Source: Geopsychrobacteraceae bacterium (GTDB lineage: Bacteria; Desulfobacterota; Desulfuromonadia; Desulfuromonadales; Geopsychrobacteraceae). From it: a DNA stretch of 64,000 nucleotides. Location: the NCBI GenBank assembly GCA_963662315.1, contig OY759353.1, positions 2,848,001-2,912,000 on the forward strand, given 5' to 3'. The stretch's first letter is position 1. Each line of letters opens with the position of its first letter. The notes beneath the pieces are model-generated. The model saw only the letters and a list, made by a program, of their open reading frames with translations. It had not been told where the DNA came from and did no database searches. Below, piece by piece: positions 9,475 to 19,931 of the stretch. The position numbers were made by a program, and so were the translations under genes.

Positions 9475-10098
9475 ATGAATTTTGGCATTCTTGTCTTTGA
9501 TCAGGTCGAGGAACTTGATTTTGTGGGCCCGTGGGAAATGCTTACCATGTGGAAAAAAAATGCCAACGGCCCGGAAAACTGCATTATTGTCAGTGAAACA
9601 CAAGAACCAGTCCTATGTGCAAAAGGGTTGTCGATCAATCCTCATGCATCGTTTGCTTCTTGTCCTGCTCTTGACTATTTACTCGTTCCGGGAGGGCAAG
9701 GAACACGCACGGAAGTGAACAACCCGGTACTCGTTGATTTTGTTACCAAACAAGCAAAGCATTGCAAGGCGGTACTATCGGTGTGCACCGGTTCTTTTGT
9801 GCTGCATGCAGCCGGCCTTTTGTCTGGCAAAAAAGCAACAACTCACTGGGGGTCTTTAGATCGGCTACGAGCGCTTGGTGACGTAACGGTTGTTGAACAA
9901 CGCTACGTTCAAGACGGAAACATATGGTCTTCCGCCGGGATTTCCTCTGGCACCGATTTAATGCTCGCATTTATCGCAAGTGTCGCCGGAGAAACCGCCG
10001 CAGGAAAAGTACAGTTTGCCGCAGAATATTATCCCTCTTCGGCCAGGTACGGCGGCTTTGAGAACCATGAGCAAGCACCTGCATATATAAAAAACTGA
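9475..10098 (+). CDS. DJ-1/PfpI family protein
   Basis: ELDFVGPWE, LLVPGGQG, SVCTGS, ATTHW, SAGISSG. Confidence 0.92.
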   Translation: MNFGILVFDQVEELDFVGPWEMLTMWKKNANGPENCIIVSETQEPVLCAKGLSINPHASFASCPALDYLLVPGGQGTRTEVNNPVLVDFVTKQAKHCKAVLSVCTGSFVLHAAGLLSGKKATTHWGSLDRLRALGDVTVVEQRYVQDGNIWSSAGISSGTDLMLAFIASVAGETAAGKVQFAAEYYPSSARYGGFENHEQAPAYIKN

Positions 10099-10213
10099 CC
10101 ATCAAATCGGTAGGAAAGCATCTGTGTACAAGAGTCTGGAATTGCGATGTTTGCTAAAGAGCCTAAGATCAAGTGCAAATGTCTCTGACAAAACATGAAA
10201 AGAAACCCGGCAT

Positions 10214-10627
10214 ATGAATCCTGAACTGATCAGAACAATTGTCACCGTCATCCTGTCCTTTATCCCCTTTGTCCTGGTGGGAGGGTGGCTTATTTACCGC
10301 CAGTCAAAGTCAGGATCGTCCCTGATTAGACACCGCAGGGGTGTTCAAAGAAGAATCAAGGTCGGCGACACAATCTACAGTGTGAAACAAAAATCGCGCA
10401 TTGTCGCCATTGAAAAGAAAAGCGGCAAAGAGGTTATCGTCACAACCTGTGGCTTTGAAAACGAACAACAGCAATTGGAAGGTGACATCAAGGACCTCCC
10501 TGAAGGCGTTAAAGTGCGCTACAAGTTGGACAATGGCATTTTTTCCCCCGCAGAATCGGACTGGCTGGCAGGTGATAATTTTGAATTTTCAGGCGTAACC
10601 CAGGTGGAAGAATATGAACAGCAATAG
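10214..10627 (+). CDS. hypothetical membrane-anchored protein
   Basis: 137-aa ORF with an N-terminal TM helix. Confidence 0.6.
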   Translation: MNPELIRTIVTVILSFIPFVLVGGWLIYRQSKSGSSLIRHRRGVQRRIKVGDTIYSVKQKSRIVAIEKKSGKEVIVTTCGFENEQQQLEGDIKDLPEGVKVRYKLDNGIFSPAESDWLAGDNFEFSGVTQVEEYEQQ

Positions 10628-10652
10628 CTCCATTGCAACATAGGAAAAAGAA

Positions 10653-11252
10653 ATGAATATTTCATTGATCCTGGCGCATCCGGACACAGGAAGTCTGAAT
10701 GCGGCAATAGCCAAACATTGTCTTGACACCCTTAACGCGAACGGCCACTCGGTTTACTTTCACGACCTGTACTCCGAGCATTTCAATGCTATCCTACCCG
10801 CTCATGAAATCCCCAGAGCAGCTGAATTACCAGAAGAGCTGAGGCAGCATTGTGCCGAAATTGCCTTTGCCGATGGCATTATTATTGTTCATCCCAACTG
10901 GTGGGGGCAGCCTCCTGCTATTTTGAAAGGTTGGGTCGACAGAGTCCTGCGCCCCGGTGTCGCCTATGAATTTGTCAAAGGGCAGGAAGGCACAACAACT
11001 CCGGTTGGCTTGTTAAAAGCACAATCAGCCCTGATTTTCAACACATCCAGTTCCGGGACTGACAGTGACTCAGAGGCATCTCAAGATCCTCTGGAAATCA
11101 TTTGGAAAACTTCTATTTTCAAGCTTTGTGGGGTCACTGATTGTTATCGCAAGATCTTCAATATCGCCAAAAATAGTGATCGGCAATGTCATGACCTGCT
11201 TGCTGAAGTTTCGAAAACTGTAAACAGGTATTATCCTGCGCAAGAAGGATGA
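10653..11252 (+). CDS. NAD(P)H-dependent oxidoreductase (flavodoxin-like fold)
   Basis: AHP..GSLN, DLY..F, HPNWWG.PPAILKGWVDRV. Confidence 0.9.
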   Translation: MNISLILAHPDTGSLNAAIAKHCLDTLNANGHSVYFHDLYSEHFNAILPAHEIPRAAELPEELRQHCAEIAFADGIIIVHPNWWGQPPAILKGWVDRVLRPGVAYEFVKGQEGTTTPVGLLKAQSALIFNTSSSGTDSDSEASQDPLEIIWKTSIFKLCGVTDCYRKIFNIAKNSDRQCHDLLAEVSKTVNRYYPAQEG

Positions 11253-11743
11253 TCAATGATACAAACTGGTTAAAAACCACCGGTCCCCCTCATCTTCTGA
11301 CCACACAGCAAAAATCGACTCCCAATAACCAGTGAAACTGATATAGTCCCCCTTCACTAAAAATTTCCGATCTTTACAGCAGTAGGATTCTTTATAAAAA
11401 ATAAGAGGTTATCCGCACAAAAAGACTTGTCTGTCATACCAAAAAGTGGTAATACCTGTCGTTCATTTGGGCTGCGATGCCCTTATTTCAATGACGATTT
11501 GTTGTAACTGGATATTTGTGAAGCCTGTCTATTCAATCGCTCCTTCCCGCAAGTCATTACCGTCAATACTTTTTGTAGACCACTTCAAACATCAGATTAT
11601 TCAGATATAGCCAATATCAGGCAACAAGAGCGACAGGGGCCTGCCACTGGAACCATCCCCCTGGAACAATAAGAGCGGCACTCAACAGGTGCCAACAGTG
11701 AATACTTTTATTTAAGTCAAATCGAGGAAAAGGAGTCTTGCTT

Positions 11744-12313
11744 ATGTCTCATGGTACATCCCAGGGGAATCCCGCCGTTGTCGGTCTTGCTGGCTTTGGT
11801 ATTACTACTCTTTTGCTGCAGTTCCACAATGTCGGTTGGTGCGAAATCGGACCGGTTGTCGCGCTGGCATTTATCTATGGTGGCCTTGCTCAGCTGATCG
11901 CCGGTTTTCAGGAATTCAAATGCGGCAACAATTTCGGCTATAGTGCCTTTGTTTCTTACGGAGCCTTCTGGATTGGTCTTGGGATTATTTTCCTGCTTAA
12001 CCACTTCAACATCTATCGTTCCAGTGGTACCGATCTCGGTTGGTACTTGGTCGGCTTTACCGTTTACACAGCAATCATGTGGATTCCGTCCATGCGCATC
12101 AGTGGTGCTATGGGCCTGACCTTTACCCTGCTGCTGATCGGTTTCATCCTGCTTGACCTCGCTCATTTCGGTCACCACGAGTTGACCGTTGTTGCCGGTT
12201 ATGAACTGATGGTCTGTGCTGCTTCAGCTCTTTACATGATGGCCAGCGCTATTTACGCCCAGATCTTCGGCCGTAACGTTCTGCCATTAGGAAAACCTTG
12301 GATCAAGGGTTGA
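11744..12313 (+). CDS. satP: acetate uptake transporter, GPR1/FUN34/YaaH (SatP) family
   Basis: GNPAVVGLAGFG, YGGLAQ, SYGAFW; AGGAG RBS. Confidence 0.9.
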   Translation: MSHGTSQGNPAVVGLAGFGITTLLLQFHNVGWCEIGPVVALAFIYGGLAQLIAGFQEFKCGNNFGYSAFVSYGAFWIGLGIIFLLNHFNIYRSSGTDLGWYLVGFTVYTAIMWIPSMRISGAMGLTFTLLLIGFILLDLAHFGHHELTVVAGYELMVCAASALYMMASAIYAQIFGRNVLPLGKPWIKG

Positions 12314-12374
12314 TTGTACCGCTGTAAACCAGTAGAATTATAGGAGTTCCCCAACATCCTAGTGGAGGAAGCCT

Positions 12375-12854
12375 ATGAGAAAAAGCCTGGTCGTTCTGTT
12401 CTGTCTTGTTGTTGGTTTATTTGCTTACACTGCATTTGCCGACGAAACGGCAACCAAGGAAGAATGCGTCATCAAAAGCCATGAAGCTGCCGCACTGATC
12501 AATACACAGGGTGTTGATGCGGCAATCAAGGCAATTTCAGACACAAAAGGCCCGTTTGTCTGGAAAGACTCCTACGTCTTCCTGATGGATCTGAATGGCA
12601 AAATGTTGGCTCACCCGTTCCAACCGGAGCTGACCAAGATGGATCATGTGCTGCTTATGACCGATCCGACGGATAAAGCAATGTTTGTCCACTTTGTAAA
12701 TGTTGCTCGCAAAGTTGGACAAGGCTGGGTTGAATATATGTGGCCAAAACCGGGGAAATCCTCCCCTTCGAAAAAACTGACCTACATCTACAAGGTTCCC
12801 GGACATGATCTGCTGGTGGGAGCCGGGCTGTATGTCGGTGGTATGATGTATTAA
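12375..12854 (+). CDS. periplasmic single Cache domain protein
   Basis: Signal peptide; YVFLMD..G.MLAHP, GWVEY.WPKPG, K.TY. Confidence 0.85.
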   Translation: MRKSLVVLFCLVVGLFAYTAFADETATKEECVIKSHEAAALINTQGVDAAIKAISDTKGPFVWKDSYVFLMDLNGKMLAHPFQPELTKMDHVLLMTDPTDKAMFVHFVNVARKVGQGWVEYMWPKPGKSSPSKKLTYIYKVPGHDLLVGAGLYVGGMMY

Positions 12855-12874
12855 GTATTTAATCTGAATAAGCA

Positions 12875-12920
12875 AATAAAAGCCGCGGCTATGGAGTTCA
12901 TAGGGCGGCTTTTATATTTT
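12875..12920 (+). terminator. putative intrinsic terminator
   Basis: ATAAAAGCCGC...GCGGCTTTTAT hairpin with T tail downstream of the Cache gene. Confidence 0.65.
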
Positions 12921-13048
12921 TACGCGTTTCAACTGAATTAATCTCCAATATATCTGGCTGCTATCTGGAAGTTCAGAAACATCAAGTAACGTTTCAGATC
13001 GGAAATGGCCTGTCCCGATAAGTCAAAATGGCGTAGCCATTTTTGCGA

Positions 13049-13213
13049 TTCAGGCCTTCAGGCGTGATCTTGGCCGCTGGCCGGCTGGTCATTTGCTGGT
13101 TGCGTCCTGAGACATAACGACACCTGAATATGGACATATTAAGAGAGCAGTTTTTGATTACTTTTTATTGCTCTGGATAAAAAGTAATTCGCCTGCAGGG
13201 GCGAGACCCTGCG
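13049..13213 (+). repeat. diverged member of the structured repeat family
   Basis: Collinear with 254-427 (TCAGGCG, GGCCGGCTGGT, GGAC, double hairpin) with compensatory stem changes. Confidence 0.7.
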
Positions 13214-13384
13214 AAGTTGGTTGTGACTATTTCAATAAAATCAAAATCTTAAAAGCAAGGTCGTGAGGTCGCGCCGTTATGCTGCGCATAAACGGACAAC
13301 AAGCAAAGGTGGTAATTGTAACACCTCGGTTTTGTTGTAACTCGCTACTTACTGCTTATCTTATTGATTATTAAAAATTAGAGA

Positions 13385-14344
13385 TCAATTCACCACATTC
13401 ACCGGCTGCCCACCAACAAAAGCAGCAACATTTTCCGCGATCAACTCAATCAGCCGCTGCCTGGTTTCCAGGCGCCGCCAACCGATATGCGGGGTCATGA
13501 TAACGTTGCTCATGCTGAACAGCGGGTTATCCAGTGCCGGAGGTTCCGGGTCTTGAACATCAAGACCGGCTCCGGCAATTCGACCACTCTGCAGCGCATC
13601 GATCAGATCGGCCTCGTTTATGATCGATCCACGCGCGGTATTGATAATAAAGGCACCCGGCTTACACAACCCCAACTTTTCGCGGTTAATGAGATGATGC
13701 GTTTCGCTATTAAGCGGGCAATGGATACTGATAAAATCACTCTGCTTCAGCAACTCATCCACAGAAACTGAGGCAACCCGGCTATCATCCCAATTACGCT
13801 GGGTACGACTGGAAACAAGAACATTCATCCCCAGGGCCAGCGCGACCTTCATGACCTCCTGGCCGATAGCGCCACTGCCGCCGATCAGGCCCAGCGTTTT
13901 ACCACCCACTTCCACATGTGGAACCAGCAGACGCTTGGTAAAATTATCGAAATTTCCATTGCTGATCATTTTCTGCTGCTGGGGCAATGAAGCGCTTAAA
14001 TTAAGGATAAATGTAATTACCAGGTGGGCAACGGCAGCGGTACTGTAACTGGGGATATTGCACACCGAAATACCCTTGGCGCGAGCAGCAGCAATGGCGA
14101 TATTGTTGAACCCGGTCCCTGCCTCACAGATCATTTCGACACTGTCCGGAAACTGCTCGATAATTTTCGCGCTGACCGGCATTTCTTTGGTAATAACAAT
14201 ATTTTGCCCAGCCACACGCTCAAGAATGTCAGCTTCAGCGGTGTCAGAGAAGCTACTGCATTCGACAAGGTTCTCAAGGGAGGTGAGTTTCAATTGCTTG
14301 TCAAAATCGATCCTGTCTATATTCAGAAATACCGCTTTTTTCAT
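13385..14344 (-). CDS. D-2-hydroxyacid (glycerate-type) dehydrogenase
   Basis: GTGFNNI, SIHCPL, INTARG, GAGLDV..EP, TPHIGW. Confidence 0.92.
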   Translation of the reverse strand: MKKAVFLNIDRIDFDKQLKLTSLENLVECSSFSDTAEADILERVAGQNIVITKEMPVSAKIIEQFPDSVEMICEAGTGFNNIAIAAARAKGISVCNIPSYSTAAVAHLVITFILNLSASLPQQQKMISNGNFDNFTKRLLVPHVEVGGKTLGLIGGSGAIGQEVMKVALALGMNVLVSSRTQRNWDDSRVASVSVDELLKQSDFISIHCPLNSETHHLINREKLGLCKPGAFIINTARGSIINEADLIDALQSGRIAGAGLDVQDPEPPALDNPLFSMSNVIMTPHIGWRRLETRQRLIELIAENVAAFVGGQPVNVVN

Positions 14345-14586
14345 GGCAGTCTTACCTTTCATAAAAAAATTACAAGTTACCGAAATCCCTAGACTGGCAG
14401 AATAGCAAAGAATCTTTCTGGTTCAAGCATTTATGCCGAAAATGTAAAATTTCTTCCTCTTTGTGCTCTGTAATCATCAGGAATTCAGATATTTGTCGGA
14501 TGCCATGACAATAATCCTAACAATTATCATGGTAAACTGATCATGTTTACTTATCGCTCAACAACGAACCAATACATAGAGTCTTT

Positions 14587-15657
14587 ATGAAATTGACCAA
14601 GAAGCAAGTCGCCAGTATTGAAAAAGCTCTTCTGTTCTGGACTGATCTGCAGTTGCTCGACCAGGAAACTGCAAATCAGTTGCGTAACAGCTATGAAGTC
14701 GTTGGCTTTGACTGGAAACGTCTGGCTAAATATTGTTTCTGGGTTGCCATTATCTGCATTATCACCGCGGTCAGTTCGGTGTTGGCAGATGAGGCGTTGA
14801 TGCGGTTACTCACGCGACTATTTCATGCTCCCGAAACCGTTAAATGTCTGGTCATGACCGGCATTGCCGCCCTGCTCTATTACACTGGCTGGCGCAGGAG
14901 GAAACATCACCCTGAAAAAGTTTTCAGCAGTGAAGCCATATTTTTCCTTGCTGTTGTTGCCACCGCCGGCGCTGTGACGTTTCTGGGGCGGGCAATCGAT
15001 ACCGGGAGTGGTCATTTTTCGTTGCTGATTTTATTGGCAACCATTATTTATGCCGTTCTGGGACTCTGGTTTCCGTCACAGCTGGTCTGGATTTTTGCCC
15101 TGCTCTCCCTGGGGAGCTGGATGGGAACTGAGACTGGCTACATTTCCGGATGGGGCGCTTATTATCTCGGGATGAACTTTCCTTTAAGGTTTGTTCTGTT
15201 TGGCCTGGTATTGACTGCGGTAAGCGGTCTTTTTACACACTGGCCGAGTCGCTGCAGTTTTGCTAAAACAACCCGTATTATTGCACTGTTGAACCTGTTT
15301 ATCGCGTTGTGGATCATGTCAATCTTTGGCAATTACGGTGACATGTATGCCTGGCAACAGGCCAGACAGATCGAACTATTCCATTGGTCCGTTTTATTTG
15401 GCGCTGCAGCAGTTATTGCCATTTACTTCGGCATTAAAGAGGACGATAGCGTCTCCAGAGGCTTTGGCCTGACCTTCCTGTTCATTAACCTGTACACCCG
15501 TTTCTTTGAATATTTCTGGGACTCTACCCATAAAGCGATCTTTTTTAGTCTGTTAGCTGTCAGTTTCTGGTATTTTGGCTCGCGTGCCGAAAAAATATGG
15601 AATTTTGGCGACAGACAACAACACCAATCAAACTCTCATAATCGGACGGGTTTATGA
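14587..15657 (+). CDS. DUF2157-like membrane protein
   Basis: Multi-TM 356-aa ORF; N-terminal W...LLD...A motif. Confidence 0.65.
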   Translation: MKLTKKQVASIEKALLFWTDLQLLDQETANQLRNSYEVVGFDWKRLAKYCFWVAIICIITAVSSVLADEALMRLLTRLFHAPETVKCLVMTGIAALLYYTGWRRRKHHPEKVFSSEAIFFLAVVATAGAVTFLGRAIDTGSGHFSLLILLATIIYAVLGLWFPSQLVWIFALLSLGSWMGTETGYISGWGAYYLGMNFPLRFVLFGLVLTAVSGLFTHWPSRCSFAKTTRIIALLNLFIALWIMSIFGNYGDMYAWQQARQIELFHWSVLFGAAAVIAIYFGIKEDDSVSRGFGLTFLFINLYTRFFEYFWDSTHKAIFFSLLAVSFWYFGSRAEKIWNFGDRQQHQSNSHNRTGL

Positions 15658-16076
15658 AAAATAAGTTGATTTTCAACCTTCTGGCTGTCTGTTGCGGACT
15701 ATTCATCCTGGCATCACCGGTTACAGCCAATCAGGAGCAGGCGGCGATAGAAGCAGCCGAACACTTCCTGTTTCTGATTGATAATGGCCACTACGCACAA
15801 AGTTGGGAAGAAGCGGCTGATTTTTTTAAGCAGCAGGTTCCAAAACAGGAATGGATCAGGCAAATCAGTTCGTTGCGGCCCGCTTTTGGCCGCCCGGTAA
15901 AAAGAAAGGTTCAGTTCAAAAATACTGCTCAAAAGCTCAGGGGCGCGCCGGACGGCGACTACCTGATTATTCAATACGCCACGTCCTTCAGTGCCAAACA
16001 GCAAGCGATGGAAACTGTCACACCGGTGCTTGAGAAAGATGGCCAGTGGCGGGTCGTTGGCTATTATATCCGTTAG
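15654..16076 (+). CDS. DUF4019-like exported protein
   Basis: A..FL.LID.G.Y..SW, GAPDG.Y, E.DG.WRVVGY. Confidence 0.8.
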   Translation: MKNKLIFNLLAVCCGLFILASPVTANQEQAAIEAAEHFLFLIDNGHYAQSWEEAADFFKQQVPKQEWIRQISSLRPAFGRPVKRKVQFKNTAQKLRGAPDGDYLIIQYATSFSAKQQAMETVTPVLEKDGQWRVVGYYIR

Positions 16077-16268
16077 GCACCATATATGCGGATTTTCGCC
16101 TCAGCAGCAATTTTCACCGGCAACAGATCAGCTCCTTCATGTTAATGCAGCTAATTCCTGAAAATATGCTTATTCCCTTCTTATCTGCTAAACTTTAAGC
16201 CTCTAATCTGAGAACAGGATGCTGCAGGTATTCTGGAATACATAGTGCCTGGCGAAAGGAGATAACCG

Positions 16269-17285
16269 TTGTCAGAAGATCTCATTCAACAGGTTTCCCC
16301 TCTTAGCTTCACCTGGGAAACCAGTGACCCATTTCTATTTTGCGCTCACCATAAAGATCACTATCCTGCCGGCAATGGACTTGGCGGACCACAGGCTTCG
16401 TTGTCTGGCAGAAATTTGGGATACGATTTCACCCTGAAAGATGGCTGGCGCATGTACCATGGGTCCCGGATTCCAGGATTTCCGGTCCACCCCCACCGCG
16501 GGTTCGAAACCGTGACCATCGTACTTAACGGTTTTGTTGACCACTCCGATTCCCATGGATCTGCCGGTCGTTACGGTGACGGCGATGTCCAGTGGATGAC
16601 TGCCGGTTCAGGTCTGCAGCATGCGGAGATGTTTCCGCTGCTTCATCAGGATAAAGACAATCCTCTGGAATTATTTCAAGTCTGGCTCAATCTGCCCAAA
16701 ACCAAAAAGTTTGCAGATCCTTATTATGCGATGTTCTGGGCGGAGGATATCCCTTGTCACCGCAGCAGAGACGATCAAGATAAAGCGATTGAAGTCCGCA
16801 TTATCGCTGGCCACCTCGGAGCGATTCAAGCTTTGCCTCCAGGACCCGATTCGTGGGCTTCTGATCCTGACAACGGGGTTGCTATCTGGCTCATCAAACT
16901 TACCGAGGGAGCCCATTGGACCCTACCGGCAGCAACAACCCCGGTGAATCGATCCCTATATTATTACCGCGGAGCAGGCTTAAAAATTGCCAGCCAAACA
17001 ATACCATCATTTCATCGCGTACAGCTGCTTGAATCACGGGAAGCCCAACTGGAAAACGGCAGAGAGGACAGTTACCTGCTATTACTGCAAGGTCGTCCGA
17101 TCGGTGAACCGGTCACACAACATGGCCCTTTTGTAATGAACACGACTGAAGAAATCCAGCAGGCTATTAATGATTATCAGGCAACCCGGTTTGGCGGTTG
17201 GCCCTGGCCGGATCAGGAGCAGGTCCATCCCCTTGAAAAAGGGCGCTTTGCCCGCTACGCCAATGGCCATGTAGAAACGAAATAA
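16269..17285 (+). CDS. pirin family protein
   Basis: HPHRGFETVT, QWMTAGSG..H.E, GPFVMN. Confidence 0.95.
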   Translation: MSEDLIQQVSPLSFTWETSDPFLFCAHHKDHYPAGNGLGGPQASLSGRNLGYDFTLKDGWRMYHGSRIPGFPVHPHRGFETVTIVLNGFVDHSDSHGSAGRYGDGDVQWMTAGSGLQHAEMFPLLHQDKDNPLELFQVWLNLPKTKKFADPYYAMFWAEDIPCHRSRDDQDKAIEVRIIAGHLGAIQALPPGPDSWASDPDNGVAIWLIKLTEGAHWTLPAATTPVNRSLYYYRGAGLKIASQTIPSFHRVQLLESREAQLENGREDSYLLLLQGRPIGEPVTQHGPFVMNTTEEIQQAINDYQATRFGGWPWPDQEQVHPLEKGRFARYANGHVETK

Positions 17286-17322
17286 TCGCACAGGTAAATT
17301 CGCAAACAAGGAACCAAATCGA

Positions 17323-18126
17323 ATGATATCAAACAAACAGATTTTATACCTCTCCCACGGCGGAGGCCCACTTCCTTTACTTGGAGATTCCGGTCATCTG
17401 GAGATGGTTGCCACATTGCAGCAAATTGCCCATGACCTTCCCAGGCCAACTGCCATCCTGTTGGTCAGTGCCCATTGGGAAGCGAATGTGCCTACCATTA
17501 CTGCTGCTCCGCATCCGGCACTGATCTATGATTACTACGGTTTTCCACCACAAGCTTACGCAATATCCTATCCAGCCCCCGGAGAACCGGAACTTGCCCG
17601 AGAGGTTCATCAGCACCTCAGTAAGAATGGCTTCAAACCGGAGCTTCATTATCAGCGTGGCTTCGATCATGGCATGTTCGTGCCGCTGAAAATCATGTAT
17701 CCAGAAGCGGACATCCCCTGTGTGCAACTGTCATTGATCAAAGGGCTTGATCCTGTGCAACATATCAAAATGGGACAGGTGTTGCAGAATATTGCTTATG
17801 ACAATCTCCTGATTATTGGCTCGGGCTTTTCCTTTCATAACATGCAGGCCTTCTTTGCTCCTCAGACAGAAGAAACCCTGGCCAGGAACCAGGCCTTCGA
17901 TGACTGGCTGCAGGAAACCTGCGGCTCAGAAACCCTGTCTTCAAGCGAAAGGCTGGAGCGTCTGTGCCACTGGCAACAGGCCCCCTCGGCACGTTACTGC
18001 CACCCGCGCGAAGAACACCTGTTACCGTTGCATATCTGCTGCGGGCTGGCCGATGAACCCTGTTCACAAAGTTTTCAGCTGAATATTATCGGTAAAAAAT
18101 CGAGCATGTTCCTGTGGTCAAACTGA
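17323..18126 (+). CDS. DODA-type extradiol dioxygenase (LigB/YgiD family)
   Basis: SHGGGP, SAHWE, YDYYGFP, DHG..VPL, HP.EEHLLPL. Confidence 0.92.
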   Translation: MISNKQILYLSHGGGPLPLLGDSGHLEMVATLQQIAHDLPRPTAILLVSAHWEANVPTITAAPHPALIYDYYGFPPQAYAISYPAPGEPELAREVHQHLSKNGFKPELHYQRGFDHGMFVPLKIMYPEADIPCVQLSLIKGLDPVQHIKMGQVLQNIAYDNLLIIGSGFSFHNMQAFFAPQTEETLARNQAFDDWLQETCGSETLSSSERLERLCHWQQAPSARYCHPREEHLLPLHICCGLADEPCSQSFQLNIIGKKSSMFLWSN

Positions 18127-18433
18127 TAGATCCAGAGTGTTAACGCAGATACCATGACATCAATCCGGCCAGGCATCCCGTTATTTCTACTGTATATCTT
18201 TGCCATAACAGCTCTGCTCTTTTATGTCTGTTGGAAGACCCGGGAGAAACCGTAAAGCAGCCACCAGGTTTAAGAAAATAAGATGCGATAAAAACTTGGA
18301 TTGAACTGAACCGTTGTTGTTGGTACAACTGCTTTTTACTAATGGACGACGATATAGCACTGCCACTGTTTCAGCAATATCAACCATTGAATAGGCTTTT
18401 TTATAAAAATGTCTCATTTATGGAGATGAGCGT

Positions 18434-19192
18434 GTGACAAAATCAGCCAGGTCAAGGATATTGATATCAATGGCCTTGTTATTTCTATTTTTCAGCTCGG
18501 CGAGTGCCGATAAGATGCCGACCGAACTCGTCCTGCTTACTCAGTATGAATTTCCCCCTTATGTCATCATCAGACAGGACCAGGCTCTGGGAGGTCATTC
18601 AATTGCAGTGGTCCAATGTATTACGCAACGACTCGGTATTTCGCTGACTCTTAATGCCTATCCCTGGCCCCGCGCTCAGCAACTGGCACAGGCAGGTATC
18701 GGGGACGGCTTCTTTCCGGCCTCACATAACCTGCATCGCGATAGTTACGCCTCCATGTCCGAGCCGATCTCCCCCCAGCGCTGGTATTGGTATCTGCCCG
18801 TAAACAGTTCTGCGGACCCGTTCTCACAGCAGTTTCATGACCAGGCCCATGTGGGTGCACGCCTGGGTTCCAATATGTATAATTGGCTCAAAAAGAATCA
18901 CTATAACCTGACCTATTACACCAGCAACTGGGAAACTCTTGTCACAGCCCTGCTCAATAACCGGGTTGAGGCAATTCTAGCTAACGACGCGACGACCGAC
19001 CCGATTCTGACTGCATTACAGGTGAACCATGCCTACCGAAAAGAGCTCTGTCTGGATATGCCCCTTGGTGTCTATTTTTCTCACCAGTTTCTCGCCAAAT
19101 ACCCAGAGTTCATGAGTCAGTTCAACGCCCAGATTCCAGCCTGTCAGCACTCCTTTGATGACTTTCAGAACCACAGCTCGCCTCTAAAGTAA
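18434..19192 (+). CDS. substrate-binding periplasmic protein (family 3)
   Basis: Signal peptide; EFPPY, PWPRAQ, NRVEA. Confidence 0.8.
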   Translation: MTKSARSRILISMALLFLFFSSASADKMPTELVLLTQYEFPPYVIIRQDQALGGHSIAVVQCITQRLGISLTLNAYPWPRAQQLAQAGIGDGFFPASHNLHRDSYASMSEPISPQRWYWYLPVNSSADPFSQQFHDQAHVGARLGSNMYNWLKKNHYNLTYYTSNWETLVTALLNNRVEAILANDATTDPILTALQVNHAYRKELCLDMPLGVYFSHQFLAKYPEFMSQFNAQIPACQHSFDDFQNHSSPLK

Positions 19193-19264
19193 AGGCAACC
19201 ATTTCAGACCATTATTCATTTTACTTGTGTTACACTTGCGCCCAAACCTGACCATGGTGATTAT

Positions 19265-19858
19265 ATGTCTCTATTTTTAAGCCTTTGGATCAAATTATTC
19301 TTCGTCCTGACCCCGTTTTTCGGCCTCACCATGTTCCTGAGCATGACTGAAGGCTATGAGAATAACAAACGGCGCAAACTGGCGCTGTCCGTTGCCGCAG
19401 CAGTCGCTATCAGTTGTATGGTGCTGTTCTTTGTCGGTCGCCAGATTTTTGATGTTTTTGGTATTACCCTTGATGCCTTCAGGATTGGTGCCGGCGTCTT
19501 GCTGATGTTGTCAGGCATCAGCCTGGTTAACGGTAAAACCACGACACCGGTCAACGTCAGCAGCGACGATGTTGCCGTTGTCCCCCTGGCCATCCCGATC
19601 TTTGTCGGGCCGGCAACCGTCGGGACATTGCTGGTTCTGGGAGCGGAGCTCAAAACCGTCAGCGCCAAAGCCGTCGGTTCCCTGGCGCTACTCAGTGCTG
19701 TGGCCTGTATTGCCGTGGTGCTTCTGGCAAGTTCCTTTATTAAGCGCGGCCTGGGTTCCCGCGGTATCATCATCTTAAGTAAACTGACGGGTCTGATTCT
19801 TGCCGCATTGTCGGCGCAGATGATTATGTCCGGAGTGCAAGGTTTTTTGCATCTCTGA
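19265..19858 (+). CDS. MarC family membrane protein
   Basis: FGITLDAFRIGAG, VVPLAIPIFVGPAT. Confidence 0.92.
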   Translation: MSLFLSLWIKLFFVLTPFFGLTMFLSMTEGYENNKRRKLALSVAAAVAISCMVLFFVGRQIFDVFGITLDAFRIGAGVLLMLSGISLVNGKTTTPVNVSSDDVAVVPLAIPIFVGPATVGTLLVLGAELKTVSAKAVGSLALLSAVACIAVVLLASSFIKRGLGSRGIIILSKLTGLILAALSAQMIMSGVQGFLHL

Positions 19859-19931
19859 GGCGATATATCCTGCAATTATTTACGCGTTGCCACCCACTCT
19901 CAAGCGGGCGACACTTCATGAGAAGAGAACT

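Noticed and set aside
7959..10652. Additional attC sites between the downstream accessory genes
   Set aside because: No paired RYYYAAC/GTTRRRY cores with a palindrome could be found by eye.
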